Shown here piece by piece: positions 23,563 to 35,295 of a DNA stretch of 35,778 nt. The position numbers and the translations under genes were made by a program. Location of the stretch: positions 755,905-791,682 of the forward strand of contig MU006097.1 in NCBI GenBank assembly GCA_010093705.1. Direction: 5' to 3'. Origin of the DNA: Patellaria atrata CBS 101060 (Eukaryota). The notes below the pieces were generated by a model. It saw only the letters and a program-made list of their open reading frames with translations. It was not told the DNA's origin and did no database searches. How positions within the stretch are numbered: the stretch's first letter is position 1; every line of letters begins with the position of its first letter.

Positions 23563-24296
23563 CTACGGGGCAGAAGTTCCCATTTCCTTTACCGGCCGAA
23601 GGGTTATCGGTGGGTTCGTAATATTGAGCGTAGGATTAATATTCTTAGGTGTTGATGCACTGATATTCGCAACCGCTTACGTTGATAATAAGTTAAAGTT
23701 GAGCATGGGTCGTGAAGCTTGGCGGTCGGCGTTTGAACATCGGATGAGAACATACTGTAATCTACTGTACGTCAATAAAATGTTCCTTTGTCCCTTCTAG
23801 AAGATATCTCGCCTTATCATTCTTCGGGCTTTGCATCGTACGCTAGATAAATGAAGCTTTACAAACCGGGTAGCTTATCCTCAACCCAAGCTCATTTACC
23901 CCAGTTGGAGACCATATTAAGTCATGCAGGGGAAAGTACCTCATCCCGATCAATGATATACTCCCCTCCTCATAGGTGCAGATCTTTAAGAAATAAATTG
24001 CAAATTCTTCATTTCTCCAGTCTTAAGTTTCTTCATTTCGTCATGTGTCCCATAATTCCACAGCATATGAAAGATTTCCAAGTCAAAACATATTCCTAGA
24101 TTAAAATCGTCTCTATCCGCTAGAACTAGGGGAATCATCCGGAAGTAGAATCCTGATGGAGCACTTCAAGATACTAACCAGTCTCGAAACGGATCATCGG
24201 CTTTTAACCCAATTCCGAGGCCACTGTTTGTTACGGATATAGTAGGAGAGAACAGCTTGAGGTTTATCACTACGAATTGAGCAGGCCAGACATTCT

Positions 24297-24308
24297 GTAT
24301 ATATAAGG
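24297..24308 (+). promoter_or_regulatory. TATA box of the GH5 gene
   Basis: GTATATATAAG about 50-60 nt upstream of ATG 24357. Confidence 0.6.
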
Positions 24309-24356
24309 ACCTGAGAGCACCATGTTCAAAGATGGCAAAAAGCAAGAGCCCTTACA

Positions 24357-25619
24357 ATGCGTCTCCAACTATCCACACTTCCTCTTTTTGCAGCTTTTGC
24401 TGCAGCAAAGATTTACTATGCAGGTCTCGCTGAGAGCTCAGGAGAATTTGGTGTCTGGAGTGCAGACAAGATCGTAGGCTATGGGCTACCAGGGAGATTC
24501 GGGGTCGACTACGCCTTTATCAACAAGGATACCGTTAGCAAGCTCGTGGACGAGGATAAGATCAATACCTTCCGTGTTGCGTTCCTCCTCGAGCGCATGT
24601 GCCCTCTTTCCTACGGACTAGGAGCTAAATTTAACGAAACGGTATGACCCTTACTTGGAGACCCTATTCAAGAATATACTGATACTCTCCAGCACTTCGA
24701 TTTCTTCAAGGATGCCATTGACCATATCACGGTGACCAAAGGTGCATACGCCATCTTCGACCCGCACAACTACATGCGCTACAACGACCCATCCCAGCAA
24801 CCCATGACGGGCAGCGTCATTGGCGACGCCTCCGACCCCAAAGCAGCCACGACAGCGCAATTTGCGGCCTTCTGGGGCGAACTCGCCGGTCGCTTCAAAG
24901 ACAACGAGAAAGTAATCTTCGGCCTCATGAACGAGCCGCACGACATGGACAACAACCTCGTCCTAACCAACAACCAGGCCGCCATCAACTCGATCCGGGC
25001 CGCGGGAGCAAACCAACTCATCATCGCCCCGGGTGGCGGCTGGACTGGCGGCCACGCCTGGACCAAAACCTACCCGGGTAACGAACCCGCCAACGCGGTC
25101 GTGATGCACAAACTGACCGACCCGGCGAGCAACACCGCCTTCGACATCCACGAGTACCTCGACGTCGACTTCAGCGGCGGCCACTCCATCTGTAACCAGT
25201 CCGCAGCCACGAACCTCGCGCCCCTGACCGCCTGGCTCAAACAGTACAACTTCAAAGCCATGATCACCGAGTTCGGCGGCGACAACAACGAAGGCTGCCA
25301 CGACCTGCTCGACGAAATGCTCACCTACATGGAGGATAATCCCGAGTATATCGGCTGGACGGCTTGGGCCGCGGGTCCGTTCTGGGGCCCCAATTCGGCG
25401 TGTTGCACGGATCAAAGACAGCTGGGGAGTTTGGAGCCTGGGAGTAAGGCGGCCAATGGGAGCCCTGGCATGTATGATACGGTGTGGAGGCCGACTATGC
25501 TGCCACATGTCCCGGCGGATCTGCAGTGGGAGGGTATTTCGAGCATTAATGGACCGGCGGGCGCGGGTAATGCTACTGCTGCGCGGAGGTCCAGGAGGTC
25601 GTCGAGATTTTCGAAGTAG
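24357..25619 (+). CDS. Secreted GH5 endo-beta-1,4-glucanase (GH5_5-like), 403 aa, no CBM1
   Basis: join(24357..24641,24693..25619) = 1212 nt in frame. Signal peptide MRLQLSTLPLFAAFAAA, NTFRVAFLLERM, DPHNYMRY, acid/base FGLMNEPHD, FDIHEYLD.DFSG, nucleophile ITEFG, GWTAWAAGPFW. Confidence 0.95.
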
Positions 25620-26240
25620 ATAAAAGCTTATGTCTTTGAATGATACTTAGGTTGCATAGAGAAAATCTATGAACGTATCCTGAATTGTGAACATCTTGCG
25701 TTTCTATCACCTCTGTTGGTGCAGTTGAACCGTTTCTCAGTCTGCTGTACAGTACACTTACCGTACGTACGTGGACTGTCAAGGTTCTCCATCTATTTGT
25801 ACGGCTGTGGATTATATGACAGTCCGAACTCGGTACAGAATCGTCGTTGTGTGTACTGTGTAGTTGGAATGTTTTGTATATTACAGTGTGGACATTTGTA
25901 TACTTTAGTCCACCTATACCCTTTATTCGTTCTGTACTATTAGGATTTTCTGTACGGCTAGGTCATTCCACGCAATAGCGACATCCTATACAACGATACC
26001 AGGACCTCTCTAAACAAGGATACAGCTAACACAGGGACGGAGCGCGATAGGATCTTAGTTCGGAAACGAATGCTGTGCACAGAAAATCTGATTTTGATTG
26101 CTGTAGAACCGCACTTCCCAACCACCATCACAACTCCAACATCTCGACCCTAACTCCCCTCCCCTCAACACCAACTCACATGCACTCCCCACCCCCTTCC
26201 CCACCCGCTCAAATGCATATCACACCCAAGTCCCACACCC

Positions 26241-27585
26241 TCACGGCTCCCCCGGCCAAACCTCCTCGGCAATCTCCCTGACCAGCCTAAGTTTCGCCAC
26301 CATATCCCCCTTACCCAAACAATTGCCACCCCTATGACTCGCAAACCCGCACTGCGGACTAACGCCCAACCTGTGCAACGCCTCCTTAACCCCCTCCCCA
26401 CCGACCCCCGCCCCACCCGCCATCGTCTCCGCGGCCCTCCTCACCCTCGCAACCATCTCCCCCCTCTCCTCCATCTCCGGAAACTTACTAGTAACAACTC
26501 CTAGTACCACATTCTTCCCGCGCGGTACTTCCCTCAGGGGCTCAAACGTCCCAGCACGGGGGGTATCATACTCGAGGTAAAAGGTGTGGACGTTCAGTTC
26601 TTTGAACAGTTGGGAGGCGATAGCGTCGTAGCCGCCCTCGGAGAAGTGGCGGGAGTTGATGAAGTTGCCGCGGCAGATGTGCAGGCCCAGGTGCATGTCT
26701 GCCGGCGCCCGGGCGAGGCAGGCGTTGTAGAGCGCGATGTAGGATGTTAGGAGCGTGGGGAGGGGTGTTGTGTTGGACGGGTCGGCGGACCAGCCGTCGA
26801 TCATTTTTTGGGAGCAGAAGTCTGAGTTTGGGGTTAGTGTGTAGAAAAGGGGAGGGGAAAAGGAAAAGGGGAAACGCACAGGCGAAGTTCGGGTCGTCGA
26901 TCTGCACGTTGCGGAGACCGGCTTTGTATAAGATGTCGAGCTCGGTTTGGTAGGCGAGGGCGATGTCGTGGAAGTATTCTTCGTCGTTGGCGTACACGTC
27001 TTTGGGGTAGGCTTTTCCCTCTTTGTAACGGAGATGGTACCATTCCGGGGCCGCGAGCGTCAGTTTGATGTCTCCCCATCTCTCCTCTGGGATGAGGGTT
27101 TTGAGATACTCGAATTGGTCGATGTAGGTGCTCTGGCCGGTATGTTTGATTTTGCCCACGCAGATGACGCTCTCGGGAGGGTGATCCATTTCCTCGTAGA
27201 AAGGAGCCATGTCGGGAACGTAGACGCGGAACATGTCGAAGGAAGGGTTCTTTATCTCTTCCATACCGTCTAGATTGGGGAAGAATGTGCCCCAGAACAT
27301 ATGGCGTCTGTATGAGTGGTATCAAAATCCGCATCTCTGACATGTGGATGGGAAGTAGGTTTTCTGGACATACCGAAATTCTCCATCAGAGATGGCACGA
27401 TATCCTAGATCGAGCTGAGTTTGAACAATGCTCTTGATCGCTTCATCTTCAACCTTCTTGAGCTCCTCAGCACTGAGTTCTCCTTTGTCAAACGCGTCAC
27501 GCTTTTCAAGTAGCTCATCTGGTCGCAGCAAAGAGCCGAGGTGCTCTGCTCTGAAAGGGGGGTTGCGTTTAGCTTCTGTAGCCAT
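26241..27585 (-). CDS. Cobalamin-independent methionine synthase-like protein, catalytic barrel only (YxjH-like), 406 aa
   Basis: complement(join(26241..26821,26880..27307,27374..27585)) = 1221 nt in frame. PPFRAEHLGSLLRP, ISDGEFRR, VQIDDP, Zn-ligand motifs HICRGN, FYLEYD, VSPQCGFAS. Confidence 0.92.
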
Positions 27586-28846
27586 CTCTTCCTATAAATC
27601 TTTTATACTACAAATAAGAGATGCAATGAAGAAATAGCTATTAGGCAGAGGATAGTCGACTCTCTTCCACATCCTTGTGCTGGGGGCCGCGTTGGTTTAT
27701 ATTCCAGTAGACTGGAAGTGCTTGGTTTCATAACGTCAATCTTTTCATACATATACGGTCTAAAGATACTTCAGACAATGCTTACCCGGAGCCGGTTATC
27801 CTAAACTGCATGAGTGGCGCGTCCGGCAGTTAATACTATTCATAACTTTTGCCAGAGCTACCCCTCTATACCCCGCCATGGTCGAGTAATGTTCGAATCG
27901 AGAGTATTACTCCGCACTAAGGTATAGATGCGAATATCTATATTGTTGGACATCGTGTGTCTTTGATTCGCCACTTATGAATTCTAGGTTTTTGAATGGA
28001 TATATTATTGTGCTGTACTGTCCAGGGGAAAGATCTCCCGCCTGGATGGAATGCTTGACTTTTCAAAGAGATTTTCTGAACTGGAAGAATGAGACACAAA
28101 ACATGAATGATAGATTAAGTGTAATCCATGAAGTTACTTCAAAAGGACATAAGGGATACCGGATCTCATTAACAATCAGGTCTCCACTTGCATGGTGTTC
28201 TGGTTGATGCAGTCAGAGCCAACATAACCGCCGAAATAACAGTTCGTGAGATTTACTATCCCACATGGGTAACTTCTTCTCCTAGGATATCTGACATATA
28301 GTTTAAGGAATGATCGAATAAGAGATGGATATAGAAGATAAGACTACTATATTGAAGTTAAAGCGCCTAAACGGACAGGCGAAGCATTTGTCCCAAAGGT
28401 ACAGTCGCGACTTCTTTCATACGTCTTTAATACTCTATAGGGAGAGTATCAAGGCATCCTCAGTCGAGTCCAGTACTCCGATTTACTCGAAAATGAATGC
28501 GAGAATCCTCCGCTGATGAGAGCGTGGGCTGCCACAGGAGTTGACTCTCATTCAACCTATATCACCTTAGTACCCTCATTACTGACCCTTCACTCCCACG
28601 CCCCTCAACTTGAACGCAGGAACTATAGAGGTTATCCCCACCCTGTCATGGTATTCCAGTTTACAATCAAGGCCTTAATTTGTGTGGTACAAGACCGTAA
28701 GATCTCGTAAAAGTTTAGTTGTACAGTACCGATTGTGTGTACATAAAGCTTGGAGTAGCCGAGAAACGGCATATTCTGCAGAGGGGTGGGAGATCTTTCC
28801 CCGTCGGAGTGAATTGGTGATATTGATTCCTCCTAGAAGCTTACGT

Positions 28847-30117
28847 TCACTTCCACATTCTATCCTCGGCCTTATGTCTCTTAGCTGCGGGTCCAACAAT
28901 AGAGTCATCGGGTAATCCACTTCTTTTAGTGCCTGGAAGACTTGAAGTCCGTATATCATTATCGTCTTGGCTCACTCGCCGATGTGGATATTCCACAGTT
29001 GAACCTTCGAAACAATTCATAGATGGTTTTTCGCCGGTAGTAAAATAAGGATGTTGCAGGGCCTTTTCAGCCGTGAGTCGCTTTTGTGGGTCGTATTCCA
29101 GAAGGCCAGAGAGTAGCGAGAATCCTTCTTGGCCGGGAGAGTCCACAGAAGAATTACTTGGATATTGGTTACTCTTTAAGCAGGAAGTGTACCATGTCTC
29201 CAAACCTATGGGTCTGTGAACCCGAGGGGTGCTAGCTAGGAGAGATTGCAGTTGGTTGTATTCGGGCATCGAGGTAAGAAGCGGCCATTTCTCTTTCGTT
29301 GGATAACCCATGATATCAACAATCTTCTGCATCTGGTTGCGCTGAAATGGGACAGTCTTTTTGCTATCCATCTTTGCTTCCTCTCCTTTGAAGATCGGCC
29401 GAAGGGAAAGTAACTCGGCGAAGATGCAACCAACAGCCCAGAGGTCGATTGCTGGTGTATAATGTCGGGACCCGAGAAGCAACTCCGGAGCCCGATACCA
29501 TATCGTTACTACCACTTTATCTCCGTTGAAAAGGCATTGCATGGGTTTGTAAAACAGTCTTGCAAGTCCTAGATCACCTATCTTGACTTCACCAGCACGA
29601 GTGACCATGATGTTTGCAGGTTTCAAATCTCGATGCATGACCCAGCTCCTATGAAGATACAGTAATCCCTGTAGCAGTTGCCAAAGGATAGATTTGATGC
29701 TTCGAGCCGGGATAGCATGACGAGAGGGTTGGGTATGATGATGAATGATCTGAAGTAGATCATGTTCAGCGTACTCAAAGACAATGAAGATACATTTATC
29801 TTCAAGAATGATTTCAACGCAATGGACCACATTCACATGATTCAGCTCAGTACACAGGGCCATTTCTCGGATGGCTGACTGCGAGATACCCGTGTACTGT
29901 ACCTCACCTTCTTTGTCTGGTTTGAACCTACGTTCAAGTTAGCCCTCGATCAGTAATGTTCAAGGGATAATCCTCACTTTTTGATAGCAAACTCTTTTAC
30001 CTCACCGTTTTTACCTTGAGCCTTGTATACTCGACCGTATGTTCCGCTACTGATGAAGCCGATGATCTTGTAACGCTCCATCACCCGTTTCTTACTGGTA
30101 TAACCGCCAGATAGCAT
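28847..30117 (-). CDS. SSN3: Mediator kinase Ssn3/Srb10/CDK8, 406 aa
   Basis: complement(join(28847..29927,29978..30117)) = 1221 nt in frame. GFISSGTYGRVYKA, FAIKKFKPDKEG, GISQSAIREMAL, FEYAEHDLLQII, HRDLKPANIMV, DLGLARLF, GDKVVVTIWYRAPELLLGSRHYT. In-frame TAA upstream of ATG 30117. Confidence 0.96.
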
Positions 30118-31409
30118 CTTGTCTGTAGCGTCTGGTTGATGTCCGTTGATTAGATGGTATTAAGACGTGGCACCGGAGTGTAATGGAAAAGTTGAAAAAA
30201 CAAAGGTCAAGATAGAAAAGGAAGAGTGAATTGGAAGGACGAACAACCTTAACGATTTGGAATATCGAATACTGTAAAGACAGAAAGAATATTGCACAGA
30301 AAATTGATCAATTATCAGGGACGTTGAACGACATGAGAGAATTGCCCCATTCGGTGATGAGGCGACGGGTCTGCGGAGATATCGCTTATTAGACAAAATG
30401 CGGTTGAGCGTAACCGGAATAGCGAGCGTACACCGATGATTAATATACAAAGCAGCAGCTCAAGTCAGACGGGAGTGGAGAAATGGAAGAAAATTACGGG
30501 TACCAACCATTGAAGGCAGCCTGAACGCTTTGTTTCAGCGTTTGTGTGCCCGTATGGGGACCATGGGGACCTCTAGCAGTAGCTGCGGCGGATGCAGGCC
30601 CGCCTGCGGAGGATGGTGGATTCGTGTTGGTCATTTTACATCGTCAGCAGGCGAGATGTGCTGTAAAATTTGGTGACGATGGAGCGGTCAAAGGTAGCAT
30701 GAAACAGCCCAGACCGATTTAATGGTCGATCTCTCAGCGATTCATAGGTTGAATTTAAGCAGTTGTGGATAACTAGGAATTCGTAAGTGCGTGGGCATAA
30801 CCTGTAACATGCAGTGCTTCTCGATAGGCGGATTAGCAGCAAAGAGCAGTCGATCAGGCACTGGATAAGATTATTGTTGCTTCATCGACGACGTCGTCGA
30901 CACGACAATCCGGGACGGACAGCCTCATTGATGTTGATAGCTCCTAATCAATTTGTGATATCACTAAGGTATGGATAGGTTACCTCCTAAGTCGAGGGGC
31001 AGCTCTCTTCTCGTTTGGTTGGAGGACAAGTTGTTTTCTGTAAAGGATGGCGTAGGAAACACCGCGCGCCCCTTCACGGGCACCTCCGAATTGAAATTCC
31101 TCTTCAACACCCACTCTACACCTCCATTTCGTGGAGCTCTCCGACGACGACGACATAGATGACGACGTTCGTTATAGTTTATACCGTCTGCTGATGACGC
31201 TTTGCTTTTACTGACTCGTTCGCTGTATGTATATACTCTTAATATCAGACGGGAATTCACCTTGAGCTTTGTGCATATCTCGGACCTCTGAATCTTTTGT
31301 ATAGCAGTTGTATGAATCTACGGCAATTAACAGAATGTCTCAATATAGCACTTTTTCACCTTCTCTTCCTGAAGTCGAAGTAAAGCGAAGATTGCGACAG
31401 CAACATACT

Positions 31410-33014
31410 ATGGATCCCCGAACCTGGTTCAAGGACCTTACTCCGTACTTCTTATATTTGATACTGGTATCTACTATAGGACCATTGCTCTTTGGATTCC
31501 ATTTAGTAAGCAATATTCTAAGTCCTCCAAGACTCCTCTTGCTAACAGCGCATATAGGCCGAACTCAACGCCCCGGAATCAGTCATCACCTGCGAGAAGA
31601 GGTCTATTAGGACTTCTGCTGAACCATCGTTACCACAATGTATCGAGATGAATTCTGTACAGATAGGACTCGTGTCTTCTATCTTCACACTTGGAGGCTT
31701 AATAGGAGCTTTGGGAGTTGGTCCCCTATCAGCACGCTATGGACGTCTTCCCTCGATGCGATACACAACTATACCCTTCACCATTGGACCCATATTTGAG
31801 GCTGCTGCTCCTAACATTGGTACCATGGCATTGGGAAGATTCATCTCTGGTCTTGGTGCAGGAGCATCAGTGGTTGTTGTACCGATATATATTTCTGAAA
31901 TCGCACCTCCTGCAGAAAAAGGCTTTTTTGGCGCTCTCACCCAGGTTATGGTCAATATGGGGATCTTGATCACGCAGCTACTTGGCTACTTCTTGAGCCA
32001 TGATTCAATGTGGAGAATCATACTCGGGGTCGGGGGTCTAATTGGAATCTTGCAGGCCGCGGGTTTGGTGTTCGGCGAAGAGAGTCCAAAGTGGATGGCT
32101 GATAGGGGTCAAGTTACCAAGGCGAAGAGGATTTTACGCCACATACGAGGGAATGCATTCGATGTTGAAGATGAATTCAGTTCATGGGGACCGCACGCTT
32201 CAGATGACGGGGATGGTATGCCGACATCACTATCCACTATTACAATTGTACTGACATTGAATAGACGAGGAAGAGACTCTGTTACATAACGAGTCTGGCG
32301 ATCAAAATAAAAGCAGCGAAAAGAGGATCCTAGGATTCTTCGAAGTCGCTCGACATCCTGACACAAAGAAAGCTGTTATTTCCATAGTCATGATCATGCT
32401 TGCTCAGCAGCTATGCGGTAAGTTTCGAAGAGATATGTCTATCACTCTGTGACTAATGATGTTAAGGTATCAACAGTATCATCATGTATGGTGTCAAGCT
32501 TCTTTCGGGTCTTCTAGAGGCCAATTCAGCTTTACTCAACCTTATTGTATCAGCTCTCAACATCATCGTCACCGCAGGTTGTGCCCCTCTCGTCGATAAA
32601 CTTGGACGCAAGTTCTGCTTATTGAGTTCAATCTTCGGGATGGGAACAAGCTCCTTGCTACTAGCATTTGGTATCCTGAACGAGATCAAGATCCTTTCCG
32701 CCGTAGCTGTTCTCTTGTTCGTGTCCAGCTTCGCGCTTGGACTTGGACCCGTCCCGTTCCTCCTGTCAAGCGAACTCGTCAGTCCCGATGCGGTCAGTGC
32801 TACTCAGAGCTGGGCATTGGCAGCAAATTGGATAGCGACATTTGCAGTTGCGCAATTCTTCCCAATTGCAAACGCGAAGCTGCATGGTAAGGTGTACTTC
32901 GTCTTTGCAGGTCTTGCTGCTTTCTTTTGGCTGTTCATTGGCTGGTTCGTGCCTGAGACAAAAGGAAAGAAGACGGCTGACGAAGTTTGGGGAAGAGAAA
33001 GACGGGAGGACTAG
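31410..33014 (+). CDS. MFS sugar porter, vacuolar YBR241C/Vps73-like, 484 aa (509 aa if ATG 31335 is used)
   Basis: join(31410..31505,31558..32215,32265..32417,32467..33014) = 1455 nt in frame. GPLLFGFHLAELNAP, SSIFTLGGLIG, GRFISGLGAG, YISEIAPP, ESPKW, QQLCGINSI, GLGPVPF, PETKG. Confidence 0.93.
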
Positions 33015-33821
33015 AAGTGAGGGGGTTCTGGCTTCACTGCATGATTGGATATTCTTGTGTCTTTGGATGGGGTTTCATCACGGTACTGTTACGATCTCCG
33101 GCTGTAGGATTATGAAAGAACTAGTAGGGCCGTGTATGCCGTGGGTTGAATGGCGTCTCAGGGAGTTTTCACGGGTCAAAATAGGAGGTATCGGGCGACT
33201 AAGGGACGATTTCGATATCATGAAGAGAATAAGAAGTCTAGGGCACCGTTAGCACCAGGAATGTACAGCAATATGCATAGTGAGCACTTAACCTATTGGC
33301 ATTCTTCGATTCTCTTTCAGCTATAAGATTTCCAACCCGCTCCAACTGGTCAATTCCGCAGCTGATGCACGGTATGAACTCATGGATTATTGTTCGTGGT
33401 CATTGCTTACATATTGATTGACAATTCCCGCCGAGACGGTGCGTTAAGGCGAGTTAAGGTGCGTTGGGAGGCCGTGAGGTTGCGGAAATGTAAGCGGGGG
33501 GCCACCCCATCAGTGCCCCAAAGTGGGCACAGACAGGCACAGACAGGAGGGTCTGGTGCGTTTCCCTCGGTCGAATTTCTGGCAAGACTGGCATCTTCGG
33601 AAACCGTACAAGATCATCTGTACTACCTCACTTTTTGCCCACACCACACCATGATGTAGCCATTTCTCACCTACATACCAATCCAATTTATATCTCTTGT
33701 ATATACGAACTCGCACCCCGTTTCTTTTTCCGCAATTGATACCCCCACAACGCTTCCGAATTCCTCTTTCTTCACAGAATCTCTCCGACCGACGAGCAAC
33801 GCCGATTTCCTGAAAGACACA

Positions 33822-35030
33822 ATGACACCCGACCACTTGCCTTCGCACGCCTCGCCTGCCTTTCCTCCTTTCAACTCCCCCAGACCCGCGCTCGACTCAT
33901 TCAACCTCGACAGCAAAAGAACATCCTCACACAATGACCTCCCGCCTATCCTCTCCCCCGCCTTCACTCCCCCCGCGACTCCCGGCACCGGCACGCCCGC
34001 CCTCCACCGTCCCGCACGCTCCCACCCCATCAACGATGCATCCACGCCGGCGCAGAGTCCCAAGCTCGTAGACCACCTGCCAGAAGTCCACTGCGAGGTG
34101 CGCGCGCGCATCCCCACCATCCACGGCCATGAGATGTACATCCACCTCTACACCAACTCAGAAGACAACAAAGAACACCTCGCGATCGTCTTCGGCGACA
34201 AGATCCGCAGCCGCTCCCTCGACGCCGTGCGGCCCGGCGAAACGGAGCGCGATCGCATGATCAGAGGCGCCTACGTCGGACGTCTCCACCCCGGCCGCAC
34301 GAGCAGCAGGATCGAAGCGCTGAAGCGGGAAGAGGCGGAAGATGGCTTCGGGCTCGTTTTCTCCCCTCCCTCCTCCTCCTCCTCCCCAAAAAGCTCAACC
34401 GAGTCCATCGCCACGAGCGCAGAGGGCGAGACAGACCAGATCCCCACGACGGCCCTCGACGTGCCCCCCCTCGTCCGCATCCACTCCGAATGCTACACCG
34501 GCGAAACGGTCTGGTCCGCCCGCTGCGACTGCGGCGAACAGCTCAACGAAGCCGCCCGCCAGATGTCGCTCCCGTCCCCCTGCACAGGAGGAGTGATAGT
34601 GTATCTACGCCAGGAAGGCCGCGGCATCGGCCTCGGCGAGAAACTCAAGGCGTACAATCTCCAGGACCTCGGCAACGATACTTACGAAGCTAATGTCCTG
34701 CTTCGACATCCCGCGGACGCCAGGTCTTATGGGTTAGCCACGGCGATATTGCTGGATCTGGGTCTGGGGGGTGAGAGGGGGATTAGACTCCTCACTAATA
34801 ATCCGGATAAGGTGCGTGCGGTTGAGGGGCCCAAGAGGGAGGTTTGCGTTAAGGAGCGTGTGGAGATGGTGCCGTTGGCGTGGAGGAGTGGGGGGAAGGA
34901 GGGCATCAAGAGTGAGGAGGTCGAGAAGTATTTGAGTACGAAGGTGTGTTTAACTGTTTGAGTTTCCTGCGGGATATGCGCTGACCGAGTGTAGATTGAG
35001 AAGTTCAAGCATATGTTGGATCGGGCGTAG
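33822..35030 (+). CDS. RIB1: GTP cyclohydrolase II (riboflavin biosynthesis), 385 aa
   Basis: join(33822..34943,34995..35030) = 1158 nt in frame. [43 protein letters not shown] (Zn cysteines), [46 protein letters not shown]. Confidence 0.97.
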
Positions 35031-35295
35031 ATTTCTCCTTCCAGAAACATACAAGGAGGATTTTTGGGATTACTGCAGATACTTTTGGAGGCGTTAGGGG
35101 AATAACTTAGCATACGTGGGTGGCTACTTCGATCGTTGATATCATATCATATCTGCCGTCTATTGGGTCGGGTTTGGGTTTAGATACCCGACAATCTAAA
35201 ACGAAATCTACATCATCATTTTCATCAAATGTCACATCCGTCCTCTCCAATGCAAACCCCTTTCCCAACAGCACCAAACACCACCTCACCACCCC

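Noticed and set aside
27874..27912. GTTCGAATC inside a GAGTAAT/ATTACTC hairpin
   Set aside because: No tRNA arms or A box at proper spacing; a short hairpin is expected by chance.
33651..33659. ATG-ATG-TAG minimal uORF upstream of RIB1
   Set aside because: TATA-like words at about 33688-33706 lie downstream of it, so it is probably not in the transcript; I saw no FMN or TPP riboswitch consensus either.
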